From a virus, in the IMG/VR virus record IMGVR_UViG_3300047160_005727, positions 32,001-96,000 of that record: DNA of 64,000 bases, one strand, 5' to 3'. Position numbers and translations under genes: made by a program. Below, in pieces: positions 36,268-46,638 of the stretch; the stretch's first letter is position 1, and each line of letters starts with the position of its first letter. The notes under the pieces are model-generated. The model searched no databases and had not been told where the DNA came from. It saw only the letters and a list, made by a program, of their open reading frames with translations.

Positions 36268-37518
36268 ATGGCCTTTGAACCCTACACCAGAGTCAACTTC
36301 GGCCCGGTCAAGACCGGCCTGAAAACCATCGGTTACACGCTGGTAAAGGCCGGCAGGCCGATCGGCCCCCGTGTGACCCACGGGATCGAAGACCTGGGCG
36401 ACGGTCATTACGGGGCTGCGATCCTGTATCCCAGCCACTTCCGCGGCCAGCTCATCTGGGATACGGGCGGGCCTAGCCCGCAGACTATCGCCTTCGATGT
36501 CACGCCCGAGCAAGGTGCAGTCCAGATCGGGTCAGGCGCTGTCGTAAAGCGTGCTGCCCCGGTGTCTCGCCGGCCAGGGCCTCGAGTTCGGGTCAAGCAG
36601 CCACCCATCGTCTCGGCACACTCGCTGCTTGAGCCCTGCGAGACGCCGCCATCCGAGCCAGTTGTCGGCACGGTCGATACGATCCCTGTTACGCAGCGTA
36701 TTCGGACGGTCATCGTCAGCTCGAACCCGTGCCCGTCTGTTGCCTGGACAATGGTCGACTCCCAGGGCTGCCCGGTCGATCTGAGTTCGTGCTGTCCTGG
36801 CGCCCAGTGTCCAGTCCTGGGTACGCTCCGGGTCGGGCCTGACTGTCACAACTACTTCCTCGACTACTCGGCCAGTGCGTCCGACCCCGTGGCCGGGCTG
36901 ATGGTTGCCGATATCGATCCCGTGGCCCTGGGTGGGCCTGGGATCTACGTTGCTGAGATGGGCGTCTTCGATGCCGAGGGGACGTGTGTCGCCATCTCGA
37001 ACCGGTTCTTCCTGGTTGTCGAGAAGGGGCTCTTCGGTAACTTCCAGGCCAAGGGGCCACCTACCATCGCCGAGATCCGGCTGGAGCTGCGGGATAGCTC
37101 TCCCCTGGAAAGCGACCTGCTCGATGACTCGGTGGCCTGGGACAACTCCGAGATCGCGGCGGCACTGGTCAGTGCTGTCGACTACTGGAACGAGTCCTTG
37201 CCGCCGATCCCGCCCTATTACACCACCCAGAACTTCCCGTTCCGGTACTGGTGGAAGCAGGCGGCCAAGGCCATGCTCTTCCGGGTGGCTGCCGAATGGC
37301 ACCGCCGCAACCAAGTCGCCTATTCGGCCGGCGGCGTTTCGTTCGATGATCACGGCATGAAGGCCCAGCAGTATGACCAGGCAGCTGACAGCATCTGGGC
37401 CGAGTACAAGCAGTTCGTCAAGGAGCGGAAGATCTCGAACAACCTGGAGGCCGGCTGGGGCGAACTTGGCTCCGACTACGGCCGTATTTCTTATCCTGCC
37501 GGGGGCTACTGGTGGTAA
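36268..37518 (+). CDS. putative head-tail adaptor/neck protein with an N-terminal Ig-like extension
   Basis: GGAGG SD. C-terminal helical domain with YSAGGVSFDD, first gene of the neck-tail block. Call is based on synteny. Confidence 0.55.
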   Translation: MAFEPYTRVNFGPVKTGLKTIGYTLVKAGRPIGPRVTHGIEDLGDGHYGAAILYPSHFRGQLIWDTGGPSPQTIAFDVTPEQGAVQIGSGAVVKRAAPVSRRPGPRVRVKQPPIVSAHSLLEPCETPPSEPVVGTVDTIPVTQRIRTVIVSSNPCPSVAWTMVDSQGCPVDLSSCCPGAQCPVLGTLRVGPDCHNYFLDYSASASDPVAGLMVADIDPVALGGPGIYVAEMGVFDAEGTCVAISNRFFLVVEKGLFGNFQAKGPPTIAEIRLELRDSSPLESDLLDDSVAWDNSEIAAALVSAVDYWNESLPPIPPYYTTQNFPFRYWWKQAAKAMLFRVAAEWHRRNQVAYSAGGVSFDDHGMKAQQYDQAADSIWAEYKQFVKERKISNNLEAGWGELGSDYGRISYPAGGYWW

Positions 37519-38423
37519 CGGACCTGACCAACTTCTATGACCGGGGGCCAGTCTTCAAGCGGCTGCGCATCGACCACATGGTGGCGGGCCAGAGCCGGCT
37601 GAGCTGGGAGATGGCACCCTGGTTCTGCGATCCGCTGCCCTGGGAGTTCTTGCCTCAGATCTCCGATACAGGCGTCGACACGTCAGTTTGGCGCGATCTT
37701 ACCGGCTGGCTGCCCAACTGGTTCACGATCATCGTCGGGCCGGTCCTGGAGGGGGGTCGCAACCTGACGACCAATTTCCGGGTTCTGTTGCGTACGCCGG
37801 CCGGGGAATACGCCTCGGAGCCTCAAAATGTCTTCGGCACATTACCCAGCAAGGGCTGGGTCCGGGCTCGTGTCATTGTCAAGAAAGAGCGGCTGCGGTT
37901 TCGTACGGCCACCGTCGTCAAGGGCTGGCTGCTCAAGCGGATGCGCACCGGCACGACGCCCGATCCGACTGATCCGCGTACCGCCGTCACCAACTATCTG
38001 ACTGGGGAGATCATCAAGACGGTTGATCCGGCCACGGTTGGTACCGAATACTTCGGCGGGTTCTATATGCCGGTGCCTTATGATCTGGATGCCGAGCCTA
38101 CCGGGCTTTACGAGCATCGCGATGAGCTGCAAGGGCGTGGCACCATCGATGATGACTCACTGGTCAGGCAGGCCCGCATCATCCATGACCCGCCGGTAGC
38201 TCACTGGGATGCCTTCGTGGCCGATCAGTCCGACCTGCGGTTTTACATTCACCGCGTAAGGCATCTTGCCGAGATCGCTTCCGTTCCGTTGGTGTCCCAG
38301 GCCGAGTTGCGGCTGGCACCATTCACCGATGTCATCTACACTGTGGAGGTTCCATTAACTCGTGAACAGTTCCGAGACCCCTGCGCCGCCCACCCCGAGC
38401 CCTACAAAGCCCGAGCGAGGTAA
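37512..38423 (+). CDS. putative head-closure/neck protein
   Basis: Overlapping GTG start, located between adaptor and tail terminator. Confidence 0.5.
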   Translation: MVTDLTNFYDRGPVFKRLRIDHMVAGQSRLSWEMAPWFCDPLPWEFLPQISDTGVDTSVWRDLTGWLPNWFTIIVGPVLEGGRNLTTNFRVLLRTPAGEYASEPQNVFGTLPSKGWVRARVIVKKERLRFRTATVVKGWLLKRMRTGTTPDPTDPRTAVTNYLTGEIIKTVDPATVGTEYFGGFYMPVPYDLDAEPTGLYEHRDELQGRGTIDDDSLVRQARIIHDPPVAHWDAFVADQSDLRFYIHRVRHLAEIASVPLVSQAELRLAPFTDVIYTVEVPLTREQFRDPCAAHPEPYKARAR

Positions 38424-38427
38424 GCGC

Positions 38428-38562
38428 ATGTTGCCGCAAATGACTCCCCAGGACATGATGGACTATGAGCCGGACCCAGAACAGATCAACGTGATCCTGG
38501 GCCGACCCGCAGGCAGGGAAGCCAAAAGCAATGGACGAGTACCCTTCCAACGGCGGTCCTGA
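38428..38562 (+). CDS. possible 44-aa small protein
   Basis: GAGGT SD. Fills the gap between neck genes. Confidence 0.35.
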   Translation: MLPQMTPQDMMDYEPDPEQINVILGRPAGREAKSNGRVPFQRRS

Positions 38563-39220
38563 GTTACGGGTCGAGCACTACTCGAACCCGTGCTCTTTCG
38601 GGCTTACGCCGATCCTGATGACCGGCTTCCTGCTTCAGTGGCTGGGCGATCACTTCTCGCGCCGCCAGAACGTCGAGCATCCAGAGCTGCGTGACATTCT
38701 CTGGAGAGCTAACACCAGAAATGGTATCCTGATCGCGAGCATTACCGACTGGGATCCCAAGGCGGTTGAGAAACGGCCCGGGATCATCATCAAGCGAAAC
38801 GCGTGGACGGCCGAGCGTCTTGCCATCGACGACCGGCTAACGCCCACTCCTGATGGCGATGAGCACTATTGCACTTTAATGCGTGGTTCTCACACCATCT
38901 TCTGTTTGGCTGGCGAGGGCGGTGAGGTCGAGATCCTCGGTGCCGAAGTGTTCCGGGAACTGCTGGGGTTCAGCTCCCTCATTCGACGCACGCTGAACCT
39001 GAACCGTTTTGGCGTCTCGGAATTAGGCCCCGTCAATGAGCTTCAAGAGGCGACGGAGAACTACGCCGTTCCGATCACCGTCGCGTACGCTTCCAGCTTG
39101 GCATGGACTCTTGAGCAGGATGTGCCCAAGCTGAAGCGGATAATGCTATCGGCGAACATATTTTCGTCAATGGATACTGGCGGCCGGCTTTGCGGGGTTT
39201 GCACCCCCGGAACCGGATAA
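38531..39220 (+). CDS. putative tail terminator/completion protein
   Basis: RPGIIIKR motif and alpha/beta pattern, directly upstream of the sheath gene. Confidence 0.55.
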   Translation: MDEYPSNGGPELRVEHYSNPCSFGLTPILMTGFLLQWLGDHFSRRQNVEHPELRDILWRANTRNGILIASITDWDPKAVEKRPGIIIKRNAWTAERLAIDDRLTPTPDGDEHYCTLMRGSHTIFCLAGEGGEVEILGAEVFRELLGFSSLIRRTLNLNRFGVSELGPVNELQEATENYAVPITVAYASSLAWTLEQDVPKLKRIMLSANIFSSMDTGGRLCGVCTPGTG

Positions 39221-39268
39221 CAATGGACTGGACACAACCGTTCGACTGGCATGGAGGCACCGATAGCA

Positions 39269-42031
39269 ATGGCTTACATTCTGCCGCAAGTACTCGTGTT
39301 CCAGGAGTTCGATCTTGTCCCGATCGCCCTGCCGGACACGCTGCGGGCACACATTTCTGGAGCACATGCGTTCATGCTCCGGTATTCGGAGCCTAACGAG
39401 AAGCTCCTGGCCTACCTGGGCATGTATGATCCGCTCAATGATGCCATCAGCGAATGGCCCCAGCGGCCACCGGGTGGGATCGTCGATGCCAGCTACACCA
39501 AGGTTTACATCGACAACGCCAACCTTCAGTACTATCAGCGGCTTGTCCCTTCTCCTGCCGATCCTACTACCGCCGTGACGCCGGTCGGCAACAACAAGAT
39601 CCGCAGTGCTGACCAGGAGTACGGCTATGCGGCTAACGGCGTCAACTACCCACGCTTCCCTGAGCTGGGTGACCGTGATGTGCAGGTAGGTGATCGGGTG
39701 CACATCCGTGGTGTGGTCGGGACTGCAAACTATGACCTCGATACCTATGTCATGGGGATCGAGGCCGACCCGACCGGAGCATCCGTGGCCGAGCCGGAAT
39801 TCCCGGACAGCAACGGGAAGCAGCAGTCGGCTAGCGCGGTCGTCACCCCGACCGGTGTCACCAACTCGATCCTGCTCACGGTCGACAACAGCAACTACAG
39901 CGCCCTGGCCGATGGTGCGCTGGATGACACTTACAACATCGAAGTCACCCAGGCTTCGAGCGGCGGCAAGCTGGAGACCGCCCAGCTGCGGATCACCACG
40001 ACCAGTGGTAATGACGATGATCTGGTCGTGGTTCCGGCCGCGGCAGGTACGAGCTTCTCGGTGGGCAACCGTGGGTTGAAGCTGACGTTCGCTCACAGCA
40101 ATACGACTGATGATCTGCTGACCACCATGTCCTTCTCCGTGGAGGTCAAGTGTGCTTATGCGCCGGTCACTGCGGATAGCAGTACCAGCACCTATCGGGG
40201 CACCAAGTCGACGACCTACATCATCGAGTTCACCAGGGGCGGGCTGGTCAGCACTGACCATACGACCTGCCCGGCATTCACTGTCACCACCACACTGGGC
40301 GTCGATAGCAGTACCGCGCTGCCGGTTACTGATCTTACCTTGATCTATCCGGTCGGTACCCAGGGCGTGAAGGTCAAGTTCGGTGGCGCCGCGGACGGCA
40401 TCCGCAAGGGTGACAAGTTCACTATCGAAGTCGTCGCCGCACAGGATGGCCGCATCGCTGTACTTGTCCTGGCTCATAACCTGCCGGCAGACCTGGTGAC
40501 TCCGACACCAGTGGCCGATCTCGATCTGACTCTTTACGTGCAGCGGAACATCATGGTCGACGAGTCGGCCGACGGCTTCGTCAACTGGGAGCAGAACGAG
40601 ACCCAGATCCTCATTCACGGCGGGATCGTCGCTTATGACGAGACGTTCACCCTCGGCGGCGAGCCACGTCCCTTGCAGGTCATGTCCGGTGAGGTCTACG
40701 TTGAGTACCGAGCCTGGCTTTCCGATCTGGCCTCGAGTGTGGGCACGATCTACGACGTCGGCACCATCGACGACATGATCAGCGGACCGCTATCGCCCGA
40801 CAACCCGCTCAAGTGGGGCGTCTTCAAGGCGCTCTCCAACTCCAACGGCTCGGAGGTGAAGTTCACATCTGTGGCCAACCCCAATGAGATCGAGAGCTGG
40901 GTCTCGGTCCTGGAGCTGCTGATCGGCCGCAACGATGTGTACAACTTGGTGCCGCTGACCTTTGACCGTGAAGTCCTGGATCTGTACGCGGCCCATGTCA
41001 ACGATGAGTCGTCACCCGAGCAGGCACGCTGGCGCGCGGTTTGGGGGGCTATACAGGCCAAGACCACCGAAGCTGTCGTCTCCGATACGACTTCGACGAA
41101 TGGCCTGGTTGTCATGGCCGTCATCAACCCGAACAACGAAGCCTTTGAGACCTCGACCGAGAATACGCTGCTAACCGTGCCGGCCGGCAACTCTGCCTTC
41201 CTTGACAACCAGGTTCGGCCTGGCGACGTGGTGCGAACCAACTACGGTATCGACACCAGCGGCAACGAGACCTATGTCGAGTACGTCATCGACCAGGTGA
41301 TCAACGAGAACGCCGTTCTACTCATGTCTGGACCGCCGGACCCCATTACTACACCCCAGAAGATCGAAGTCTGGCGGTACATGAACAAGGACGAGATCGC
41401 CCAGGACCTGGCCATGCAGGCCGGCAGCTTTGCCAGCCGCCGGGTCAAGATGGTCTGGCCGGACGTGGTTGGCTCGGGCGGTGTACTCCAGGAAGGGTTT
41501 TACCTTGCAGCTGCCCTGGCTGGCTTGCGATCAGGTATCGTGCCGCAGCAGGGCATGACCAACCTCCAGGTCGCCGGCTTTGACGACCTTTCCCGCACCA
41601 CGAACTTCTTCGGCGGTGCCCAGCTCAACACCATGGCCGGTGCCGGTACCTGGATCGTGACCCAAGCTCCGGACGGGACGGTCTATACCCGGCACGCTCT
41701 GACTACGGACAACACCGACGTCAATTCAAGCGAAGAGATGATCACGACGAACCTGGACTCGATCTCTTATGTGTTCGCCAACCGGCTAGCACCATACATC
41801 GGCCTGATGAACGTCACCGACTCGGGCCTGATGATCCTGAGTACCGAGATCGACTCGTGCATCAACTTCCTGAAGTCCAACGGCTACGTAGCCCGGCTCG
41901 GCGGTCAGCTCGTCGATGCCACGGTCGTCAGCCTCCAACCCCACGCCATACTCCCGGACCGGGTGGTGTGCGTCATCGATGTCACGCTGCCTTATCCTCT
42001 TAACAACCTCGAAATTCACCTGGTCGTCTGA
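39269..42031 (+). CDS. contractile tail sheath protein
   Basis: N-terminal MAYILPQVLVFQEF. C-terminal sheath features AALAG..SG..PQQGMTN, LN.MA.AG and V.LPYPLNNLEIHLVV. About 920 aa. Confidence 0.85.
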   Translation: MAYILPQVLVFQEFDLVPIALPDTLRAHISGAHAFMLRYSEPNEKLLAYLGMYDPLNDAISEWPQRPPGGIVDASYTKVYIDNANLQYYQRLVPSPADPTTAVTPVGNNKIRSADQEYGYAANGVNYPRFPELGDRDVQVGDRVHIRGVVGTANYDLDTYVMGIEADPTGASVAEPEFPDSNGKQQSASAVVTPTGVTNSILLTVDNSNYSALADGALDDTYNIEVTQASSGGKLETAQLRITTTSGNDDDLVVVPAAAGTSFSVGNRGLKLTFAHSNTTDDLLTTMSFSVEVKCAYAPVTADSSTSTYRGTKSTTYIIEFTRGGLVSTDHTTCPAFTVTTTLGVDSSTALPVTDLTLIYPVGTQGVKVKFGGAADGIRKGDKFTIEVVAAQDGRIAVLVLAHNLPADLVTPTPVADLDLTLYVQRNIMVDESADGFVNWEQNETQILIHGGIVAYDETFTLGGEPRPLQVMSGEVYVEYRAWLSDLASSVGTIYDVGTIDDMISGPLSPDNPLKWGVFKALSNSNGSEVKFTSVANPNEIESWVSVLELLIGRNDVYNLVPLTFDREVLDLYAAHVNDESSPEQARWRAVWGAIQAKTTEAVVSDTTSTNGLVVMAVINPNNEAFETSTENTLLTVPAGNSAFLDNQVRPGDVVRTNYGIDTSGNETYVEYVIDQVINENAVLLMSGPPDPITTPQKIEVWRYMNKDEIAQDLAMQAGSFASRRVKMVWPDVVGSGGVLQEGFYLAAALAGLRSGIVPQQGMTNLQVAGFDDLSRTTNFFGGAQLNTMAGAGTWIVTQAPDGTVYTRHALTTDNTDVNSSEEMITTNLDSISYVFANRLAPYIGLMNVTDSGLMILSTEIDSCINFLKSNGYVARLGGQLVDATVVSLQPHAILPDRVVCVIDVTLPYPLNNLEIHLVV

Positions 42032-42050
42032 CACGGAGGTTTAGCCAGTC

Positions 42051-42578
42051 ATGGCCGACATTTTCAATAAAACCTCGAACCGGCTGGGTGGGGCATGGTC
42101 CGCCGATGGCGCGGCTGTATCCTTCTCCGGCCAGGCTGCCGGTCTGCTCGGCGTCGGGATGATCGTGCAGCAGGTCAACGTCGGGTACCAGCAGCAAGTC
42201 ACCCGGCTCTACGAGATCGGCTCGAACATGACCTACTACGTGGCCGGTCGTGTTCAGGGCAACATGACGATCGGCCGGGTCGTCGGGCCAGGTGTGGTCA
42301 TGTCGGCGTTCTACACCGCGTTCGGCGATGTCTGCAACGCCGCCAACAACACACTGAACCTGTATATCGGAACTGGCTGCCGCTCCTCGGGAGGGGTGAC
42401 TGCGCAGTTCACGAACGCGAGGTTCACCATCAGTTACGCTGTGCTTATCAGCGTCGGCATCTCGGTCGGCGCCATGGACATGGTGATCAACGAACAACTC
42501 CAGCTAATGTTCATCAACATGGCGAGCAGTGGAGGCGCCACCAACTCTCTGGGCAACGTCCTCGGCAATGTCGCATAG
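42051..42578 (+). CDS. tail tube protein
   Basis: Follows the sheath. VQQVNV.YQQQVTRLYEIGS motif, 175 aa. Confidence 0.8.
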   Translation: MADIFNKTSNRLGGAWSADGAAVSFSGQAAGLLGVGMIVQQVNVGYQQQVTRLYEIGSNMTYYVAGRVQGNMTIGRVVGPGVVMSAFYTAFGDVCNAANNTLNLYIGTGCRSSGGVTAQFTNARFTISYAVLISVGISVGAMDMVINEQLQLMFINMASSGGATNSLGNVLGNVA

Positions 42579-42647
42579 TGTTCGCGGCGGCCCACTGGGC
42601 CGCTAGGGCCCTGGTGCCCGTAACCTCACCGCAAGGTGGTCTGCACG

Positions 42648-45350
42648 ATGCATACGAACAACCAGGGGCGTCGGCCTTTGTTCGGGCCGACGTCCCAGAC
42701 AGCATACGGCTTGGACTGGCAGCGTAAAGCCAAACCCAGCGCAGCTTCAGCCCCGATCGATGACGCCCAGGGGCACGCTTACAACGTCACCAGGAACCTC
42801 GGGATCGGCCCTGAGATCTACCGCGGCAGGGTCGTCGATGTCATCGCCTATGCTCACTGCTACCGCGTGCTGCTTGAACGCAACGGCGGCGTGATCCTCT
42901 GCATGGCCCTGGTATCCGGCGGTCTGCTGCCGATCGGCCCCCATCCGATCACCTCGATCGGGCCGGGCTCCGAGGTCTACGTGATCCGTCCCCGGCCCGG
43001 CAACTTCGGGATCATCCTGGGCGGCTTCCCGTCCGCCATGACCGATCCCTCGGTCGCCCTGTCAGACTTCATCCATCAGAGCAGCCGCTGCGGTCTGCGG
43101 GTCGACAAGACCCACTCGGCGCCGTTCGGCACCAGTGATCACGGCGGTATCGGCGACTTCTCCAATGGCCGGCCGTTCGACGGCATGTCGATGGGCGAAT
43201 GGGGTGCTATCTGCGAGACCGGGCTGCGCCAGTTCCTGGATCCGTTCATGGTGCAGTGTGCCGTCGATGAAGCGACCGGCGTCTTCGTGTTCTACCACGA
43301 CCAGCTCTTGCGTTTGGCTGGCTATAACACCCAGATGTTTTCGGGTGGGCATGAGGTCGAGATCTACGTCGACCAGCGCGAGGTCCATCACTACGACGGC
43401 TTCACTCCCTACCCGTGGGAGCAGTGCGGTGCTCTCACTCCCAGCGAGGACCCATACACCGAGAACTCGCCGAAGGATACCCAGATCGACAAGCCCTACT
43501 ACGGTGCCTGGGAGCCCCAGGAAGACGACCAGATGCCGTTCCACCGCTCGCTCGGGTTTCGGGGCTACCTGGGCCAGGGCGGCAAGCGGATGGTCATGGC
43601 GCCGCCCGGACAAGGCCCCAATGTCTACGGTCAGCCAGGAGCTTACGCGGCACTGTTCGAGGAGAACATCGGGCTCGATGGTCGTTACTCGCTGCGCTCA
43701 TCCAAGGGGCTGCACATCGTCAAGTATGCTGCTATTCCGCCTGTGAAGCGGATGAAGCGGCCCGAGGATGCAGGGGGCGACAACCCTGATAACTACAAGT
43801 TTGCCGGTGTCACCGGCAGCGGTCCGGATCACAAGGTTACCGGTCAGATCAAGCCCGGCAGCGATAACCCCCATCTCCAGCAAGCTGCCGGCATCATGGA
43901 CGTGCATTCCTGGGTCTTCAACTGGTTGGGCGCGCATCCGTTCCACTACCACGAGAAGGACTGGCTGATCAAGGAAGAGACCGACACCTTCGCCCAGAAG
44001 GTCGAGGCTCCGATCAGCTATGGCGATCTGGCTCAGCAGTTCTACCTGAAGCGCCCCGATCCGGTGACCCAGAAGATCGACCAGCGTTACGGCGACGTGA
44101 ACTACTTCCCGAACCACTCGTACATCAGCATGAACGACGATGGGGGCATCTCCATCGGCGACGGCTACGGCGCCGAGATCCGCATGTGCGGCGGTCACAT
44201 CTTCCTCACGGCGCCTGGTGACGTCTGGGCCAAACCTGGGCGAAACTTCAACGTCCTGGCCGGCTACGACGCCTGCTTCCGAGCCAATAACTCGATGGAT
44301 CTGTCGGCCAGTAAGAACGATCTGCGACTGAAGGCCGAGCACAACCTGCATCTGCTCGGCGGCAACGACGGCAAGCAAGGCGGGGTGCTCATCGAGTGCA
44401 AGGCCCCCGGATCTTATGGCTACCAGAATGCCGTCGGCGAAGACGTACGGATGGGCGGCTTCCAGGTGAAGGTGGATCAGGGTGATGCCGTTATCTGGGC
44501 GACCAACATCTACCTCCGGACTGGCGGTGGTGATGTAAAGCCAGGCTTCATCACACTCGATGCCGCTGCCGGCCAGCAGCCGATCACACTCTACGCCAAT
44601 ACGATCAGCAACTATGTCAGCGGGTTCATTGCGGACAACTTCGGCACCAACGGGAACATCACGACCAGTCACGTCTGGCAGGCCGGGTCCAACATCATCG
44701 GCTCGGGCTGCTATGTGAACGGGTTCGGCATCTTCGACAACAACGTGCTCGTCAAGGGATGGGTCGAGGTCGTGGCTGGCCACTTCGCCAGCGAGTTGGC
44801 CGACTCCTTTGACGGCAAGGTTGCTTCGATGCAGGGCCTGAGCCTGTTTCTTGCCTACCAGGATCTGGCCAAGGCCGAGGCGGATGCAGCCACGGGCGTC
44901 ACTGATGCTGCGCAGTACTGGCAGAAGCTCTTTCCCAACTATCTGTACGCGGACAAAGGGGCAGGGAACGACGCTGTCATCACGGCAGTCCACTTCACTT
45001 TCCGCAACCCGAACCAGTACAAGACCAACAACTTCAAGCTCTTTGAAGATCGCTGGCAGATGATGGCGAGGCTCGCCGGCCAGACGCTGTCCAAGTGGGA
45101 AGAGAAGTCGATCACCGGTGGCTCCGAGGAGACCATGCCTTACCCCGGCAAGAAGCCGTGGAAGGATGATAGCACCTTCATGACGATGGACCTCCAGCTC
45201 TATGACCCCAAACAAGGGGCCTCGATCCCTCGAACCAAGTCAGCAGGGACGGACACGTCGCCGAGAGTGACCGAGGATAAGTACGAGCAGCCTCAGTTCA
45301 AGGACCCGCAACCACAGCCGCCTTCCAGTGGATACATGGTTGTCATTTGA
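42648..45350 (+). CDS. baseplate central spike (gp5/VgrG-like)
   Basis: N-terminal OB-fold-like GRVVDV...PGSEVYV...IILG, and later beta-helix-like repeats (ISMNDDGGISIGDGYGAEIRM.GGHIFL). Confidence 0.6.
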   Translation: MHTNNQGRRPLFGPTSQTAYGLDWQRKAKPSAASAPIDDAQGHAYNVTRNLGIGPEIYRGRVVDVIAYAHCYRVLLERNGGVILCMALVSGGLLPIGPHPITSIGPGSEVYVIRPRPGNFGIILGGFPSAMTDPSVALSDFIHQSSRCGLRVDKTHSAPFGTSDHGGIGDFSNGRPFDGMSMGEWGAICETGLRQFLDPFMVQCAVDEATGVFVFYHDQLLRLAGYNTQMFSGGHEVEIYVDQREVHHYDGFTPYPWEQCGALTPSEDPYTENSPKDTQIDKPYYGAWEPQEDDQMPFHRSLGFRGYLGQGGKRMVMAPPGQGPNVYGQPGAYAALFEENIGLDGRYSLRSSKGLHIVKYAAIPPVKRMKRPEDAGGDNPDNYKFAGVTGSGPDHKVTGQIKPGSDNPHLQQAAGIMDVHSWVFNWLGAHPFHYHEKDWLIKEETDTFAQKVEAPISYGDLAQQFYLKRPDPVTQKIDQRYGDVNYFPNHSYISMNDDGGISIGDGYGAEIRMCGGHIFLTAPGDVWAKPGRNFNVLAGYDACFRANNSMDLSASKNDLRLKAEHNLHLLGGNDGKQGGVLIECKAPGSYGYQNAVGEDVRMGGFQVKVDQGDAVIWATNIYLRTGGGDVKPGFITLDAAAGQQPITLYANTISNYVSGFIADNFGTNGNITTSHVWQAGSNIIGSGCYVNGFGIFDNNVLVKGWVEVVAGHFASELADSFDGKVASMQGLSLFLAYQDLAKAEADAATGVTDAAQYWQKLFPNYLYADKGAGNDAVITAVHFTFRNPNQYKTNNFKLFEDRWQMMARLAGQTLSKWEEKSITGGSEETMPYPGKKPWKDDSTFMTMDLQLYDPKQGASIPRTKSAGTDTSPRVTEDKYEQPQFKDPQPQPPSSGYMVVI

Positions 45351-45360
45351 GGATCAAACG

Positions 45361-46638
45361 ATGGCTGAAAAGAAGAAACTCGATCTGCGCAGCCGGCCCA
45401 AGACACCACCGCCGGCAGCAGCCCCGGTGACTGTTCAGCGAGATGCCTTGGGGCCTGATGTCTACAAGCCGGGGCAAGTGCTGGATCCGCGGTACCTGAC
45501 TCCTTTCGAGCGACAGCAGCTGGAGTCGATCGGCTGGGAAGAGGGCTCGCCGGTGCCGGGCAATGCTGCCGAACTGATCAAGGCGGTCCAAGAGGAAGCG
45601 ACTGCCGAAGGCGTCTTGCCGGTGCCGGCCGATACACCGCCGCTGACAATGCCCGACCCCATCGACATCAGCAGGTTACCTGCCGCGAAACAAAAGGAGC
45701 TGTACGCGGCGATCAAGAAGGCCGGCCAGTACCAGAAGCAGCTTGCCGAACAGGGCGCCGCTGTTGCTAACCTGAACCCCGACATCGCCGAGGCCGTACG
45801 GGTAGCCGACGATGTCGCGCGAGCCAACAACCCGCCGCGTGGCATCACTGTCGTCGACGACCGGCCGTTCCGAGCACCCCAGGCATCTACTGCTACTGCT
45901 ACTGCTACAGCTCAGAAACCCCGGCCGAAGGGCTGGCCCAAGCCTGAGCCCCCGGCGCCTGAGCCCCCACCAGAGCCGATACCACAGCCGGGTCCGGCAG
46001 GTTGGAAGCGACCCGCACCGCCACCATTCGAGCCGCCGCCGAGCGAGCCGCCATCTAGCCCACCGATCGGCGATCTCTCGGACGCTGGTGGGGTTGGGAT
46101 CACTCACTGCCCGCATTGCAGCTGGGACCTGAAGCAGGATGATCCCAGCGATCCAACTGATGCCGATAAGCGGGTCTATCTGATGGCCGCCCTGGCCGGG
46201 CCTGGCCATCGTTTCGCCCGCGAGACTTCACTGCTGGGTGGGACGGTCAAAGTTGGCTACCGTGAGCTGACCGGCGGCGAGGCCGACGCCGCCTTGACCC
46301 AGATCGCCGAGGACGTTCGCAGGAACCGGGTCGTCGGCGACGGCGAATGGTGGCAGCGGCTGATGGACTACCGCATGACCCAGGCCATCGAATACATCGA
46401 CATCAATGGCGTGGGTCGCGTGTACGAGGGTGTCGAACTGGACGAGATCGAGTCGGATGACGGTAACCTGACGGCGTTCCCGGCGCTGGTAGGACACCTG
46501 CTAACTAATGTCCTGCACAGTGAGAGTCTGCGGCGGGCGGTCGGTCAGGGATACATGCGGTTTCAGCGGTTATGCGAGAAGCTCGAAGCCAATGCGGACT
46601 CAGAGTCTTTCTGGAACGGGATCGGTTCGCCTCGCTGA
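45361..46638 (+). CDS. putative tail/baseplate assembly chaperone with a Pro-rich linker and CPHC motif
   Basis: GAGG SD, V.YRELTG.E motif, located upstream of the tape measure gene. Confidence 0.55.
   Translation: MAEKKKLDLRSRPKTPPPAAAPVTVQRDALGPDVYKPGQVLDPRYLTPFERQQLESIGWEEGSPVPGNAAELIKAVQEEATAEGVLPVPADTPPLTMPDPIDISRLPAAKQKELYAAIKKAGQYQKQLAEQGAAVANLNPDIAEAVRVADDVARANNPPRGITVVDDRPFRAPQASTATATATAQKPRPKGWPKPEPPAPEPPPEPIPQPGPAGWKRPAPPPFEPPPSEPPSSPPIGDLSDAGGVGITHCPHCSWDLKQDDPSDPTDADKRVYLMAALAGPGHRFARETSLLGGTVKVGYRELTGGEADAALTQIAEDVRRNRVVGDGEWWQRLMDYRMTQAIEYIDINGVGRVYEGVELDEIESDDGNLTAFPALVGHLLTNVLHSESLRRAVGQGYMRFQRLCEKLEANADSESFWNGIGSPR

Noticed and set aside
42587-42603. Hairpin after the tube gene (and one at 19601-19616) as intrinsic terminators
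   Set aside because: There is no U-tract. They may be stabilising or processing hairpins but cannot be supported as terminators.
8479-45215. Long minus-strand ORFs (8479-9642, 15228-16469, 39167-40618, 43698-45215 and others)
   Set aside because: They are antisense shadows of high-GC3 plus-strand genes, with no recognisable motifs or ribosome-binding sites.
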